From Botryllus schlosseri (Eukaryota), in assembly GCA_051294905.1 (NCBI GenBank), contig CM119378.1, positions 4,466,001 through 4,530,000 of the forward strand: a stretch of 64,000 nucleotides of DNA, in the 5' to 3' direction. This document shows positions 13,413-25,270 of the stretch, piece after piece. The stretch's first letter is position 1. Each line of letters starts with the position of its first letter. The notes beneath the pieces were generated by a model. The model had not been told where the DNA came from. It did no database searches and worked only from the letters and a program-made list of their open reading frames with translations. A program made the position numbers and the translations under genes.

Positions 13413-14352
13413 ATCTAAAATATTCAATATGCAAGCTCAACCGTCACATAAATAGTAAATTACTTGATTAGGGTATACATTAATAAATATAGGGTATACA
13501 TTAATAAATAAAATCACTAGCTTTCTTGGATTCATTTATGACAAACATTACCAAATATTGTTTTCGTCATTCTCAAAATGTGTTGCATTACATTTGATAA
13601 ATTTTAAAAGTAGTTAAGCTGCACTGAAATAAATACTGTTACGATTAGTCAGTAAATCATCAAATACAGAAGACTATGATTAATAATCATTCATTGATAC
13701 GTAAGCAGTTGTCCAAGCTTCTAATCTGTCTTACGTGGGTCATGAAAAGCATGAATTAGAACGTGCATGAACAGTGAAGACATATCGTGCATTGAGACGA
13801 GGATACTGGCAGAAGGAAATTGGCCTTGTCAGCACAAGTTGTAGGAGAATGTTTCGTAAATTCGTTTCATCACAAATCAAGTTCCATTCTGAGTATAGTT
13901 ATACGTTGCAATTATCTGTTATCTGCAATCAGCTGTTACACAGGCAATAATAATAATATTCAAATCGATCAATCGAATAATAATCCGATCAAGACACACA
14001 CAATGTACAATGCGATATACAAGACATAATGTGATGCAATGAACAGATAAGATGATGCCGAAACGACCCGTTGTGGTCTCTTAATCTGGCGTCCACCTCG
14101 GTCTAACGCCCAATGTCACAGCTTTGTCGGTGTTAGGCTAATCGTTTTCCGGCGGTCCTTAGACGCTCTTTCCATTCGCTTTTTCTTTTTAAATACATTC
14201 TTCATCGGGTCTTTTTTGTCGCCGTCAGAACGTCGACACGGAGAAGATGAGCTCAGAATAACCTCCGACGTTGAATTGAACCCTCGTCGCCTGCGTTTAG
14301 CGCTGGATATCACCAATACGGTAATTCCTCGAAATCTATTACAATTAAGGCT

Positions 14353-16452
14353 TTATATCAACTTCTGTTCCTCCATATGACTTGCCTTAGAACAGTTAAC
14401 TTTAGGTGATCGAAATGCACAGACAGAAACAATTCCAGCTGGTGTCGTGTGCATAGTCTGCATACTAAAACCAAACCGTTGTTGATCTACCTTCTGTTTG
14501 GAAAATGAAAATGATCTGCAAACTGAATGACACCAGTCATCAGAGGTATCTACCTTAAGTTCGTATCCAGAACATGATACCAACAACACCTTATTCCCGA
14601 TTACAGTAAAACTTTGAAATGATCCAGTAGATGAACACAACTTTTCTTTTCCATGCCAAAATCCATCCACAGTTGAATATTGCATCCAATCGCAACCATC
14701 AGTGACATATAGTCCTCCAGCAACAAACAAAACGTGTGAGAGATCTTCATTAGGGACATTGCGAAAAATCGTCCACTGAAACGAAGTGGGGTCAAACCTT
14801 TTCATCTTTCCAGTCGATCTCTCTAACGCATACAGATAAGAAGTTGAAGATGTCGCATTGAATTTGTCATATCCACAGCCAGGTTTACAAAGCCACTGAT
14901 TTGATACCGGTGTATAAATGAATGTTCTATCCTTACTGAGGATGTATATGCAATCATTCAATTCAAGAGCCTTGGTCCCACTCCAATTTGGGCGCATGTG
15001 CAGATTTGGCATCGAATGGAACCGGACCATGTCATTATCTAGAAAATACATCTGGCTGCTGGTGATGAAGCAAAGCCTGCCACTAACTGAAACCAAGTGT
15101 GCATGCTCAGGATTGCAATGAACTGGGAGAGTGATTCCCTTTACTCCGTTTTTCGACAAATCTATTACGTATAATTTGTCCAAGTGAGACCTAAGCAAGA
15201 GAGCAACACTGTCTGCAACTGGCTCCTTACGTTTGCACAGTTTTTCCAAGATTTCTTTGTAACAACTAGAGTCTTTTAATATTGAGTTATCAATGATATC
15301 ATTTATGAAACCGCGGGGAATCTGATCAAAATTAATACTCCGAAACAATGCTGGGAAGATTTCGGTATCTGACAAGTTTGCTTCCATCCATTTACTAATT
15401 GCATTCCATTTCGTAGTTTCTGATACATAGTTGGCATCGTCTGTTATCATGAGGATCTCTAAATCATCCTTGTGAAGGCTTAAGAAATCCGACTTGGTCA
15501 TGACGTCGCCGAGACGTGTCTTCATAAAATTGATGATAGCAGCGTGAATAGCAGAATCCAGCATGTAGCGACGAGCTTGTCGCTTCAAAAATATGCAATT
15601 GTCCACATTCAAGTTCTGTTTCAAATCAGCAATATCACGAAATATTATTTGATGAATGAGATCCACACACTCTTGGCATTCTGTAAAAATTGGTTCTTAC
15701 CACATACATTTAAGAAATTCAGATGATGGAAAATCTACGAGGCGCAGCAGTCGCACTATCTCGAATATATGTTCTCGTCTCGTTGACACCTCATGCTTGA
15801 CCCATGCAAGACCAACCTTCCATGCTTCAATGTCCACTGATCCATACTCATGAATATAGTTAGATGCGTCTGCATATGTCAACTGCATGAAATCATCACC
15901 ACTACCTACAGCAAAGAAGTTGGAGTGAAAATATTTACTTACTTGATCAACAACACTCTTATTAGAGTGAGTTGCAGCCATTTGCATGAAAAAGATACAA
16001 TTTTCATCCGATAAAGCACTCAACATGTAATTGAAACAATTTTCTTTAACCCTGTCCAGTTGTAGAATATCGGCACAGCTTAGCACTGCACCCAAATTTT
16101 CCATCGTAACTGAGCAATTGCCAGTGTACATATATTCAACGGCCTCTTTCATTGCAAATACCTCCACATTTTCCATTTTCACCTTTCCTCGCTTTGATTC
16201 TTCAAAACTATCATTCAAAAGCATGGCACGGAAGTAGTTCGGAAACGCAATCAGTACTAGCTTATGCACGGGGAATACAGCATCGTTAAGATGTATGAAG
16301 AAGTCAAACGCTTGGTTATCCGTGCGAAGACTTTGTACAGAAGCCAGAAATGTACCTGCATGCTCATTGTTGCCTGACCGAGACATGGAAATTAAATCCA
16401 CATCATTACCCGCCTGTCCAACTACTGCACCTCTAAACGGTCGTTTCGGCAT
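14353..16452 (-). pseudogene. Kelch-like BTB-BACK-BACK-Kelch gene, copy 1, with one in-frame premature stop
   Basis: ORFs 15697..16452 and 14353..15666 are in the same frame, joined by TAA (15697-15699) followed by EPIFTECQEC. Paralogues have GAA (copy 2) or AAA (copy 3) at this codon. BTB motifs VFPVHKLVL...YFRAML and YMYTG. Intronless. Confidence 0.85.
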
Positions 16453-18294
16453 CTTCCGACTCTTATTGTATCGCAGTCTTCTGATGTTTTGAAATGATGA
16501 AATTTTATGAATAAGTTAAATAGGAGTATAAACCAGCAATAGAAACAAATACCTGATCAAGAATAGAAAAAAAAGCGGTAACCCATGAATTAATAATATG
16601 AGAAGCGAAATTTTACATCCATTTAGCAAGCCACGTAGCCTACAATGTAGGCTACATATACTGTACGTGTACACAGAATGATGGATTTGCCCAAGTTAAT
16701 GTTTAACTATACTATACTGTAGTATCAACTGCAGTAAATATAACCAATTTTGAAGCTGTTCAAACAAGCGAACAACGAGTTAACAGGCAGAGGTGCCTGA
16801 CAGCCCAAACAGAATTTTGTCGTAGTTTCTCATGACGAATAGACAGATATAGCTGACATGCTCAATAACCAAAAACGACCAGGGTTGCCATGCCACCTTC
16901 CAGCAGTGCGGAATATAAGTCAATGGCTCCACGAAATATGCCTAATGACTTTTGATAAAACCACATCTCCAGGAGAAGAAGCTTTACGTCTCAAAATCTC
17001 AAATTTTTTCTATTACGCAGAATTTTTATATCCATGTACCTTATACATTGTGTACAAATGATGCATATATCACTCTTAACACAGCTATTTATATGCCGAT
17101 GAATTAATCATTGTTCCGTGAAATATACTGCTATATATTAATCTGATATTGCGATAATACCATCTGATATTAAGTATCGGTCTATCCCAATTCTCAACAT
17201 TTGTCCTGTGCTAGACTTATGTACCATGTTGATCATAGACTATGATCTATTCACTGTGATTCATCCTGTAACATGTTGTCGTTTGATTTTCGCTTCCCAT
17301 CATAGAACTATATAGTGCACTTATACAAAAGGTGTTAAAACTCAACTTGGGGTGCGGGCTGTATTTATACATTTTTATAGCTAGCGGGCCAGACCAATCA
17401 AATGATTCCAAAATATTACCTTTGTATCGTTATGAACATGGTTATGTATCATATCATATCATAACAATAGAATTGACAACATTACGACCATTGGCCGATT
17501 GAATACAGCTATTATTATTACATTCTCTATACACAGTAAAACTGGTAAATACACACATAATCCGGAGACTCGGAGAGCCCCTACAGGAAAATGGCGAGAT
17601 TAGAGTAAATATTTAAAATTCAGTAATTTCTGTATTATTTTTATTACTAATTGTGAAAATGAGACATTGTGGCACTTATGACCCTTTCGGTCTGGTGCGG
17701 CACGGCAAAAAAAATCGTATCAATAGTCACAAGTCATGGCATAAATTATCACATTGCTGGCCGGGACGAACTCAACAAAGAGGTGATAGAAGTTCAGGCC
17801 GTATGAGAAGATTATAAGGAGTGAATTCTACTTTCAAGTTCGAGCAAAAAATGCCAATCGTATTTTCGGCACACGAGGAGGAAGTGATTCACAGGCTCAG
17901 GTACGAGGCATATAAGTCGCGCAAAGGCCTGTCGATGCATCCTATTTTAAATAAATGCCCTTTTAGACGGCAATGTCCGGATGGGAGACGAAATATTATC
18001 GTTTATGTCACATGGTCCGAACGTAGTTGCGTACTTCGTTATCGACGTCTTTGTAGGAAACATCAGGTGCTTCCTATGGCTTTCAAATGCGAAGGCAGCG
18101 GTAGAACGTGCAAGTTCGCCTGAATTATATTCTGATTCAACACATTGGTAAAAGAGGTCTTAGATCTAACGGCTTGATTGTCCCCTTTAATAGCGATAAC
18201 ATTTTGTGAATTTTGCTCACATGATAACACACTGACATTCAAATATCCAAAACTTATTATTGGTGTATACATGGCCATGGTCACTAGTCATTAC

Positions 18295-20490
18295 GAGGGC
18301 GATTTTTTGACATGTCAAAAAACGTCAAAATTTTGTCAAAATTGTTTACAAAGTCAATATTTTTTGCAGCCTGGCTTTCGTTTCTACTGTCACTTGACAT
18401 TTTCTCCGCGCCTCGCGTGATTTAGTTGGACCGGGTATAATTTTGAGGTGGATATCCCCAAAAATTCATCGAAAAAACATTATATATGCTTTACATACAG
18501 CGATGACTTCAAACGTATTAGCAATTATCAGAGAACGGCATGCTAAGATCGTATGTGGCCGTTGTGATGTTTTAGTCTGGGGGTGCGACCTGTGCAGTCT
18601 GTGGAAGCGCGACTATTAGGAACCGGCAATTCACCGCTAGGTGTTTCTAAGCTAGGAGACACCAACACATATAACGTTTCGGGAATCTTGCGACTCCGTT
18701 AACTGCGCTGATAAAATAATTGGTGGCGATAAAACCTTGAAATTAAATAACCACCGCTAAAACGTTCGATATTGATATGTCCAGGTGTCGAAATGACAGG
18801 GGCCTAATAGTCCCGTACCCGCGGCCTGAGTCGCACGGAGCAAATGAGACCCACAGATAAAATAATGAGACCCGCGACGAAATGCGAAATGCGCGCGTTC
18901 GTCTGACGAAATGAGATTTTATTCCATAGTTTCGTATGATGCGTGTAATTGATTCCAAAATATTTTGAACAGCGACAGTCGTTACCGCAATCTTTAGAGC
19001 TTTGCAGACAAACCTATATGTCTCAAAACCGACTTGTATGATACAGGGGTGGGTACATTTACATGATCAAGCCATACTGTCGTAACAACGTTGGTGTGCG
19101 TGTCGCTTATTGGCTATGGTACCGAACACAGAAACTACGACAGCAACCACAGTAAATAGTTCTTAGCGCGAATATATATTTTTTGCACTCAATAAAAGAG
19201 ATATCATGTATATTGAATGATAGCTGTTGTGTCGTAGCGACCAGAAATTATACCTTTCGCGACTCATACTTTGAGAACCACTGGCACTTTAGGGTTGCAT
19301 TTAAAATATATAGCTGTCTGAAACACTTTGTTGAAAACATGTTTCAAACCTGGGGTCACCAACACGCGGCCCGCGACCTGATTTGAAATTTCATAAGAAC
19401 GCTTAGTTTGTTCGTTTGTTTATTTTACACATATAACAGTGGTGTTTATCGTCTATTTAAGTCATGTACGTACACCTACTACACCACGACAATGATATAC
19501 GTATAATGTTCAAGATCTTTGCTTTCTTATTCTTGCTCTCTCTCTTTCATGCATCTGGATTTGTTCTCTACTGCCGACTTCTTAATGGCGCGGCTCACCA
19601 TCATACTGACACATAGAAGCTTGTTCGAACCGGGATTCGAGCCACTGCCATTGGTGCCGCAACGCAGACGCCTAACCAACTGTGCCACACAATTGGGTCA
19701 AAAGTGCAGCGTTAGGTCAAAAAATGTCAAATTGTTAAAACTTTTTTAAACTCGCATTTCGTTTGTATCGTAGATTTTGCACTATGTTACAGCTTGTAGC
19801 CTACTTTATATGCCTACCGTTGTAGACGGCCCATTGTCTGCTCATTGTGAATCATAAACGTTCACACGAAACGAATATAGGTTTACATCATGTTGTGCTC
19901 AACGTACAGCAATATCCTAGCTGAAGCAAGACTGCGTCGGCATTTATCAAGCAGGGCATGATGAAAAATTGTGATGAAGCAACACGGTGTGTCACTAGCA
20001 GTGTACGCACAACTTCAATGTTGCCAGCCAATAACTGCTGCCGTGGAACATTCTTTCTGCATTTTTGGCAAGCTACTTAGTAAGGACAGACACTTTCTAC
20101 CCGAGGATGTAAGAAAGTATCTTTCGTTGTTGTACTACAACAGCAAATTTTTTATTATTTCTACCATAGTGCGTGATGTAACTACCGGAATTCTTCGTAG
20201 GTTCAAATTTTGTTAAAATACAGTGTAGAATGTAATGTATGTGTGAATGTAAAAATTTGTCAGTTTTTAATTCAAAAAAGAGTCATTAAGCCAAACTACT
20301 TCGTATGGACAGACAGTTCCAACCAGAAATGGAGATAAGTAGTACCATTCTGACATTACGTGCGAAAACAACTAATTCGCATACATGAAGGCAAACTTTT
20401 GTCAAAATTAACCTTTTTAAGGTTACAAAATGTCAAAACTTTTATTTATTACGTCAAAATCTCCCTTTTTTAGATAAAAAAATCGTCCTA
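18295..20490 (+). mobile_element. Internally deleted hAT transposon with a transposase C-terminal remnant
   Basis: TIR (G)AGGGCGATTTTTT / AAAAAATCGTCCTA; TSD GTCATTAC / GTCATCAC. ORF 19971..20216 (CQPITAAVEHSFCIFGKLLSKDRHFLPEDVRKYL) resembles the hAT dimerisation motif (S..VERSFS). A KIVCGRCDV Cys pair near 18545 may be a zinc-finger remnant. Confidence 0.75.
19620..19690 (-). mobile_element. tRNA-derived SINE head
   Basis: Reverse complement has an A-box-like TGGCACAGTTGG and a B-box-like GGCTCGAATCC; no complete cloverleaf. Confidence 0.6.
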
Positions 20491-20969
20491 GTCATCACTA
20501 TAATATAATGAGATGAGGGATTGAGGGTCTGATGAGGGTAATATATATCTAGAAGCATTTTGTTAACATTCTAATCATCCCGTCTATCCTAATCTATTAT
20601 CCTAATGCATTGGTTCTCAACCGCGGGGGCGAATTGTCCACTACGGGAAGTTTTGTAAGTTTTAGGGGTAGTCTGAATTTCGGACAAGTTTTTATTTTTA
20701 TTACAGAACTGTAAAGTATACAGCAAGGCAGTTTGTCTGCTATCGTTTGGGAATATAATGACTCTCCTGTCTGGTCTTTTGGTTCTCGAAATAAGTTATA
20801 AATCTGTGTAAGACCCTTTCTGGAAGCAGATACTGTATCTGCAGTGTAACTCTGATTGGAACGCGTTAAAGCTTGATATTGAAAATTATTTTTGGCTTAA
20901 ATCCTATCGAATCACTGCTGAATCAATCGACGACTATTACGAGAATGGCAATTAGCCTGGTAGCCTAAT

Positions 20970-21165
20970 ATAAGCGGCTCAGTTCGTAATTTTTTAAAAT
21001 TCATCCATCACAAAAGAATACGCTGTGTTATGTAATTCATTTGCCTGAAACATCGAGTGAGCCTTGGTAGCTGCGTCAGCACACAATTTGGATCGCAAGC
21101 TGGCAACACAATTTTTAAGGGCTTAGCAATAAAATTATGACGCACTCGCTTTGCTGGGCACGTCT
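20970..21165 (+). pseudogene. Possible degenerate hAT transposase fragment
   Basis: One frame reads SGSVRNFLK...*FICLKHRVSL...KL*RTRFA, reminiscent of the hAT CxxH and TRW motifs; contains stops; lies after a MITE-like end at ~20589. Confidence 0.3.
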
Positions 21166-21719
21166 TGGTGATGCCATTGTCGTATGAAAGCACTTCGAAA
21201 CACCACTGGTATTGACGCAGGGGGATCATCTCAGGTTCACAATAATTCATTACATTGAATCGAATCATCGCATTGAATCGAATCATCGCAATTAGTACCT
21301 TGGTGAGGACGTGCATTCTGTCGTAAGTATTCTGCGATTTCTGCCCCAACTGAATTGTCACTGTGTCGAAATGTCGATTGACATGTTTGTACATGACTTG
21401 GTTATCTACAGATTGCCGGTTTCCTTGGACCGATCATTAAAAAACTTCGTTACATCTGATTGATGAAACCCCATAGCAACAAGAAGGAATTCGATCATTG
21501 GAAACCAACACCAAAAGTCTGTTTACTTGTCACTATTACGTCATCAAAACAGAATTTATTTTGTATTGCGAGCAAAAATTTAAGAATTGGGTCATGGAAT
21601 ATTTTTCAAACCGAAAGTCTGCGAGAAGTCCAAGGACCACTAGAATATAGCTTACTCTTCGAAAATGCCGTTATCTGTTGAGTTTCTACTTCCTGAGGAT
21701 CGAACGAGTATTAAAAGTC

Positions 21720-22170
21720 AGGCATTCAATTTGTTTTACCGCAAGATAATGACGTGTGGTTATCTGATCATTATCAGTACAATGATAGAGTCGTGTTGCA
21801 TACGATATTGTTATAGCCTACACAAATATTTTTCCACTAGTTTGCCTCCTGTGTTTTATGACTTTTTCATACCTGCTAAAATGTCGACTCCCATTACAAG
21901 AGATCCTCGTCAAAGGGAATCCCCCCACCCAATAGCAACGTAACTAAGAAATCTATCGACTACTCACGACCTGTCATCTGGAATGCATTACCACAACACA
22001 TCCGTGAATTGTCTTATACTTAGTTTTAGAAATATATACTTAATCACCTCTTGTCGTTATATTGACACTGTACGTTGTCCTACCTCGCCCAGACATTGCT
22101 TCAGTGATCATGTGATCTTTTGCTACCATCGTTTAATTTTTCTTTTTTTCTTTTTTCTTTTTCTTTTTAA
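21720..22170 (+). mobile_element. Degenerate CR1/L2-type LINE 3' fragment
   Basis: Broken frames give LPPVFYDFF and WNALPQHIR, typical of the end of CR1/L2 ORF2, followed by a T-rich 3' segment. Confidence 0.55.
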
Positions 22171-22605
22171 CTAACATTTTTTACTGTCGGACTGTACAGA
22201 TACAAGTGTACCTGTTTGATGCGGCTGTGATCAGACTATAGTTGACATTCACGGTTGTATCGATCATTCCTATCTGATACCGAACACTGTGCATGCATAG
22301 CCTATTGTCTGTACCACCATCATTGACATCTGTTTTTTGTATGTATCTTGGTTGGATGAAAATTATTCTCAACGCAATAATTACAAGAAAAAAATAAAGA
22401 AAAAGATTATTCACCATCAGAAAAAAGAAAACTTCAGGTACGTAATTGAACTACACACGCTACAAAAAATATTGACCAGTCGCAGTAGGGAAATGATGTT
22501 GAAAGCAAAGGAATTGCGATATGAAATGTACAAATGTAGATATAGGCTATACGTAGTCATATAATGTATATCTATTTTCAAGATCATACTACATTTAATA
22601 AATAT

Positions 22606-24600
22606 TTATATCAATTTCATTCTCTTGGAATGTTGCAGTACTTGGTTCGATTCACTGGAGCGAAATGTACATGCTGCAAAAATTTTATCATAGTCCTCTG
22701 AAAATGACCTATTCGAAGACAAGCCACAAGAAAGATCTAAAGTGTGCATTGATAACCCCGAATAAGAATGCGACAGCGCCAAAGCCTTGTCCCCAATTGC
22801 AATAAGACATTTTAAATCTGTCGGAAGAGAATTGGCACTCAGTTTTTCAATCCATTTGTCACTAATCGTTGAATATTGCATCCATTTGCTTCGATTGGTC
22901 ACGTATAATTCTCCACCAACAAACACGATATAAGAAAGACTTTTGTCGTCAACACTACTAAACGTGGCCCATCCACACAAAGCAGGATTAAACTGTTTTA
23001 TTGTCCCACTTCCTCGTGACAAAACATAAAGGTAATTATTTGAAGATGTTGCGGTAAATGCATCAAATCCGCACCCACAACTGGATGACCACCCATTTGA
23101 TATAGGTGAATACATATAAGTTGTATCTTTGTTGAGAATGTATATGCAGTCGTTCAATTCAACTACAGCAGTAATGGGTATGTATAAATGGGAATCAGGA
23201 ATGTCCATCAATTTTATCCAGTCGTCGCCTTTAGTTCGAAAGTACATCTTGTGGCCCGTAATCACGCAAAGTTTTCCATTGACAGAAATCAAAGCCTTGT
23301 CACCGAGACATGATGGATAACCTATCGTCTTCCACTTACCACTCAACATATCCAAAACACACAGATCCGGAGTGAACCCCCTATCATTATTCAGCACAGC
23401 AATTGTATCAGCAGGTGGTATGTGACGTTCACACACCCGATGCAATATATCTTTGTAGCAGCATAACCCCTTTATCATTGGGTGATCAATAATATTGTCA
23501 TTGATAAAGCCAATGGGGATGTGATTGAAATTAACACCTTGCAACAAATGAGCAAAGATATCGGTATCTGATGAGTTGATTTCCATCCACTTATGTATGG
23601 CACTCCATTTGGTTGTTTCCGATAAGTAGTTTGCATCATTTGCTAATATAAGAACCTTAACATCGTCTTTGTGAAGTTTTGAGAAATCCGGAAATGCCAT
23701 GAGTTCTCCAAGATGGTTCTTCATAAATTCTATGATGGATTCCAAAATACTAGCATTATAATGCTTGTATTGACGAGCTTGCTGAATAAGAAATATACAA
23801 TTATCTGTTTTTATATTTTGTTTCAAATCCTTAATATCAAGAAATAGCCGATGATGAATGAAATCCACACATTCTGGGCAGTCTTTGAAAATTGGTTCTT
23901 CCCACATACACTTCAGCAACTCATATGCTGGATAATCAACCAAGCGCAACTGTTTCACGATCTCAAATATATGAGCTTCTCTGATTGTAATATCATGCTT
24001 GATCCATGCGATACCAACTTTCCATGCTTCAACATCCTTTAATCCATATTCATGAATGTACCTTGATGCGTCTGCATATTTCAACTGCATGAAATCATCA
24101 CTGGCTCCTACATCAGAAAAGTGGTTACAGAAATATTCTTCTATTGTATCAAGTGCACTCTTGTTGGAGTATATCGTGACAATTTGCAGAAAGAAGACAC
24201 AATTTTCATTCGATACGGATTCCTTAATATACTGGGAGCTAATATCTTTGACTCCCTCCAGTTGTAGAATATCTGCACATTTCAATACTGCGCTGATATT
24301 TTCCAGATCAACCATACAATCGCCAGTATACATGTATTCCACTGCTTCTTTAACTGCATTTACTTGAACAGTTTTTAATTCCACTTTTCCCTCTCTTGCC
24401 TCATTAAAATTATCGTTTAACAGCATAGCGCGGAAGTAATCCGAAAAAGAAATCAGCACAAGTTTGTGCACGGGGAACACAGTCTCTTTAACATGTATGA
24501 AGAAGTCAAAAGCTAAATTTTCTGTACGAAGGCTTTGTACGGATGCCAGAAATCTATCTGCGTGGTCCTGAGTTGGAAACGATGATGCAAAAGCTGCCAT
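22606..24600 (-). CDS. Kelch-like protein, BTB-BACK-BACK-Kelch, copy 2 (664 aa, intronless CDS)
   Basis: BTB (FPVHKLVLISFSDYFRAML, YMYTG, ADILQL); BACK motifs NCVFF...FMQL...AWIKH and NCIFL...FSKLHKDDV...SETTKWSAIHKW; Kelch-like blades (ELNDCIYIL...YSPISNGW). Confidence 0.92.
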   Translation of the reverse strand: MAAFASSFPTQDHADRFLASVQSLRTENLAFDFFIHVKETVFPVHKLVLISFSDYFRAMLLNDNFNEAREGKVELKTVQVNAVKEAVEYMYTGDCMVDLENISAVLKCADILQLEGVKDISSQYIKESVSNENCVFFLQIVTIYSNKSALDTIEEYFCNHFSDVGASDDFMQLKYADASRYIHEYGLKDVEAWKVGIAWIKHDITIREAHIFEIVKQLRLVDYPAYELLKCMWEEPIFKDCPECVDFIHHRLFLDIKDLKQNIKTDNCIFLIQQARQYKHYNASILESIIEFMKNHLGELMAFPDFSKLHKDDVKVLILANDANYLSETTKWSAIHKWMEINSSDTDIFAHLLQGVNFNHIPIGFINDNIIDHPMIKGLCCYKDILHRVCERHIPPADTIAVLNNDRGFTPDLCVLDMLSGKWKTIGYPSCLGDKALISVNGKLCVITGHKMYFRTKGDDWIKLMDIPDSHLYIPITAVVELNDCIYILNKDTTYMYSPISNGWSSSCGCGFDAFTATSSNNYLYVLSRGSGTIKQFNPALCGWATFSSVDDKSLSYIVFVGGELYVTNRSKWMQYSTISDKWIEKLSANSLPTDLKCLIAIGDKALALSHSYSGLSMHTLDLSCGLSSNRSFSEDYDKIFAACTFRSSESNQVLQHSKRMKLI

Positions 24601-25270
24601 TTTGACCTACTGATAACAATGAATAATACCTGAATATATAACGAACATCCAGAAACAGCTACTATTTATTTTAATAAGCTAAAACCCCAGATAGTCGATG
24701 CTGGAAAGTATTCCGTCACTAATAAAATCGCTGTAAAATTGAAAATGCTTTTACAGCAAGAAATTGTGACACCATACTGTGGCAAACCCTTTTTCTATCA
24801 ATATTACCACGCCGATTATGAAGCACAAGCAGCCTGTAGAAAGTTTCTCTGTAAACAAAATTCGCGTCGACAAAGTCATGACACACAATGGGACTTCTCC
24901 TCTTACCATCACGTATAATAGTCAATAAAATTTTCACAATAGTGCTGTATCTATAACAAAAACACTCACAGAAAGTCATGAAGTGATAATATAGGAATGA
25001 TTCAAACCTTTTAAATAAACGAGTAGTTTAGTACAGGCAATATATGACTTCATGGATGTTGGTAAACAAAAATCGTCCGTCTCAGTCAGACTAGTCACTG
25101 TCAGGACTTCCATACTACTTGCATCTGCACTGCTTAGCTCTGACCATTCTTGTGGCGTGTTCATTGTCTCCTAACCGTTATAGAAATCTACCAAACAATC
25201 GAGACCGATTCAAAATGCAATAATGTGTTTTATCTGATGAGCTAGCATTAATTAAGTATAAACTAAAATC

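Noticed and set aside
17821..18123. Possible pogo/CENP-B HTH remnant (PIVFSAHEEEVI...CPF)
   Set aside because: Resemblance is too short and weak to call without a profile search.
19620..19690. tRNA genes at the A/B-box sites (also 27.4, 29.2, 39.9, 62.2 kb)
   Set aside because: No full cloverleaf, and most continue into shared non-tRNA bodies, so they are SINE heads.
23129..24367. Plus-strand ORFs over the Kelch genes (also 14918-16492 and 32622-33846)
   Set aside because: Antisense shadows of the real CDS; their similarity to each other just reflects paralogy.
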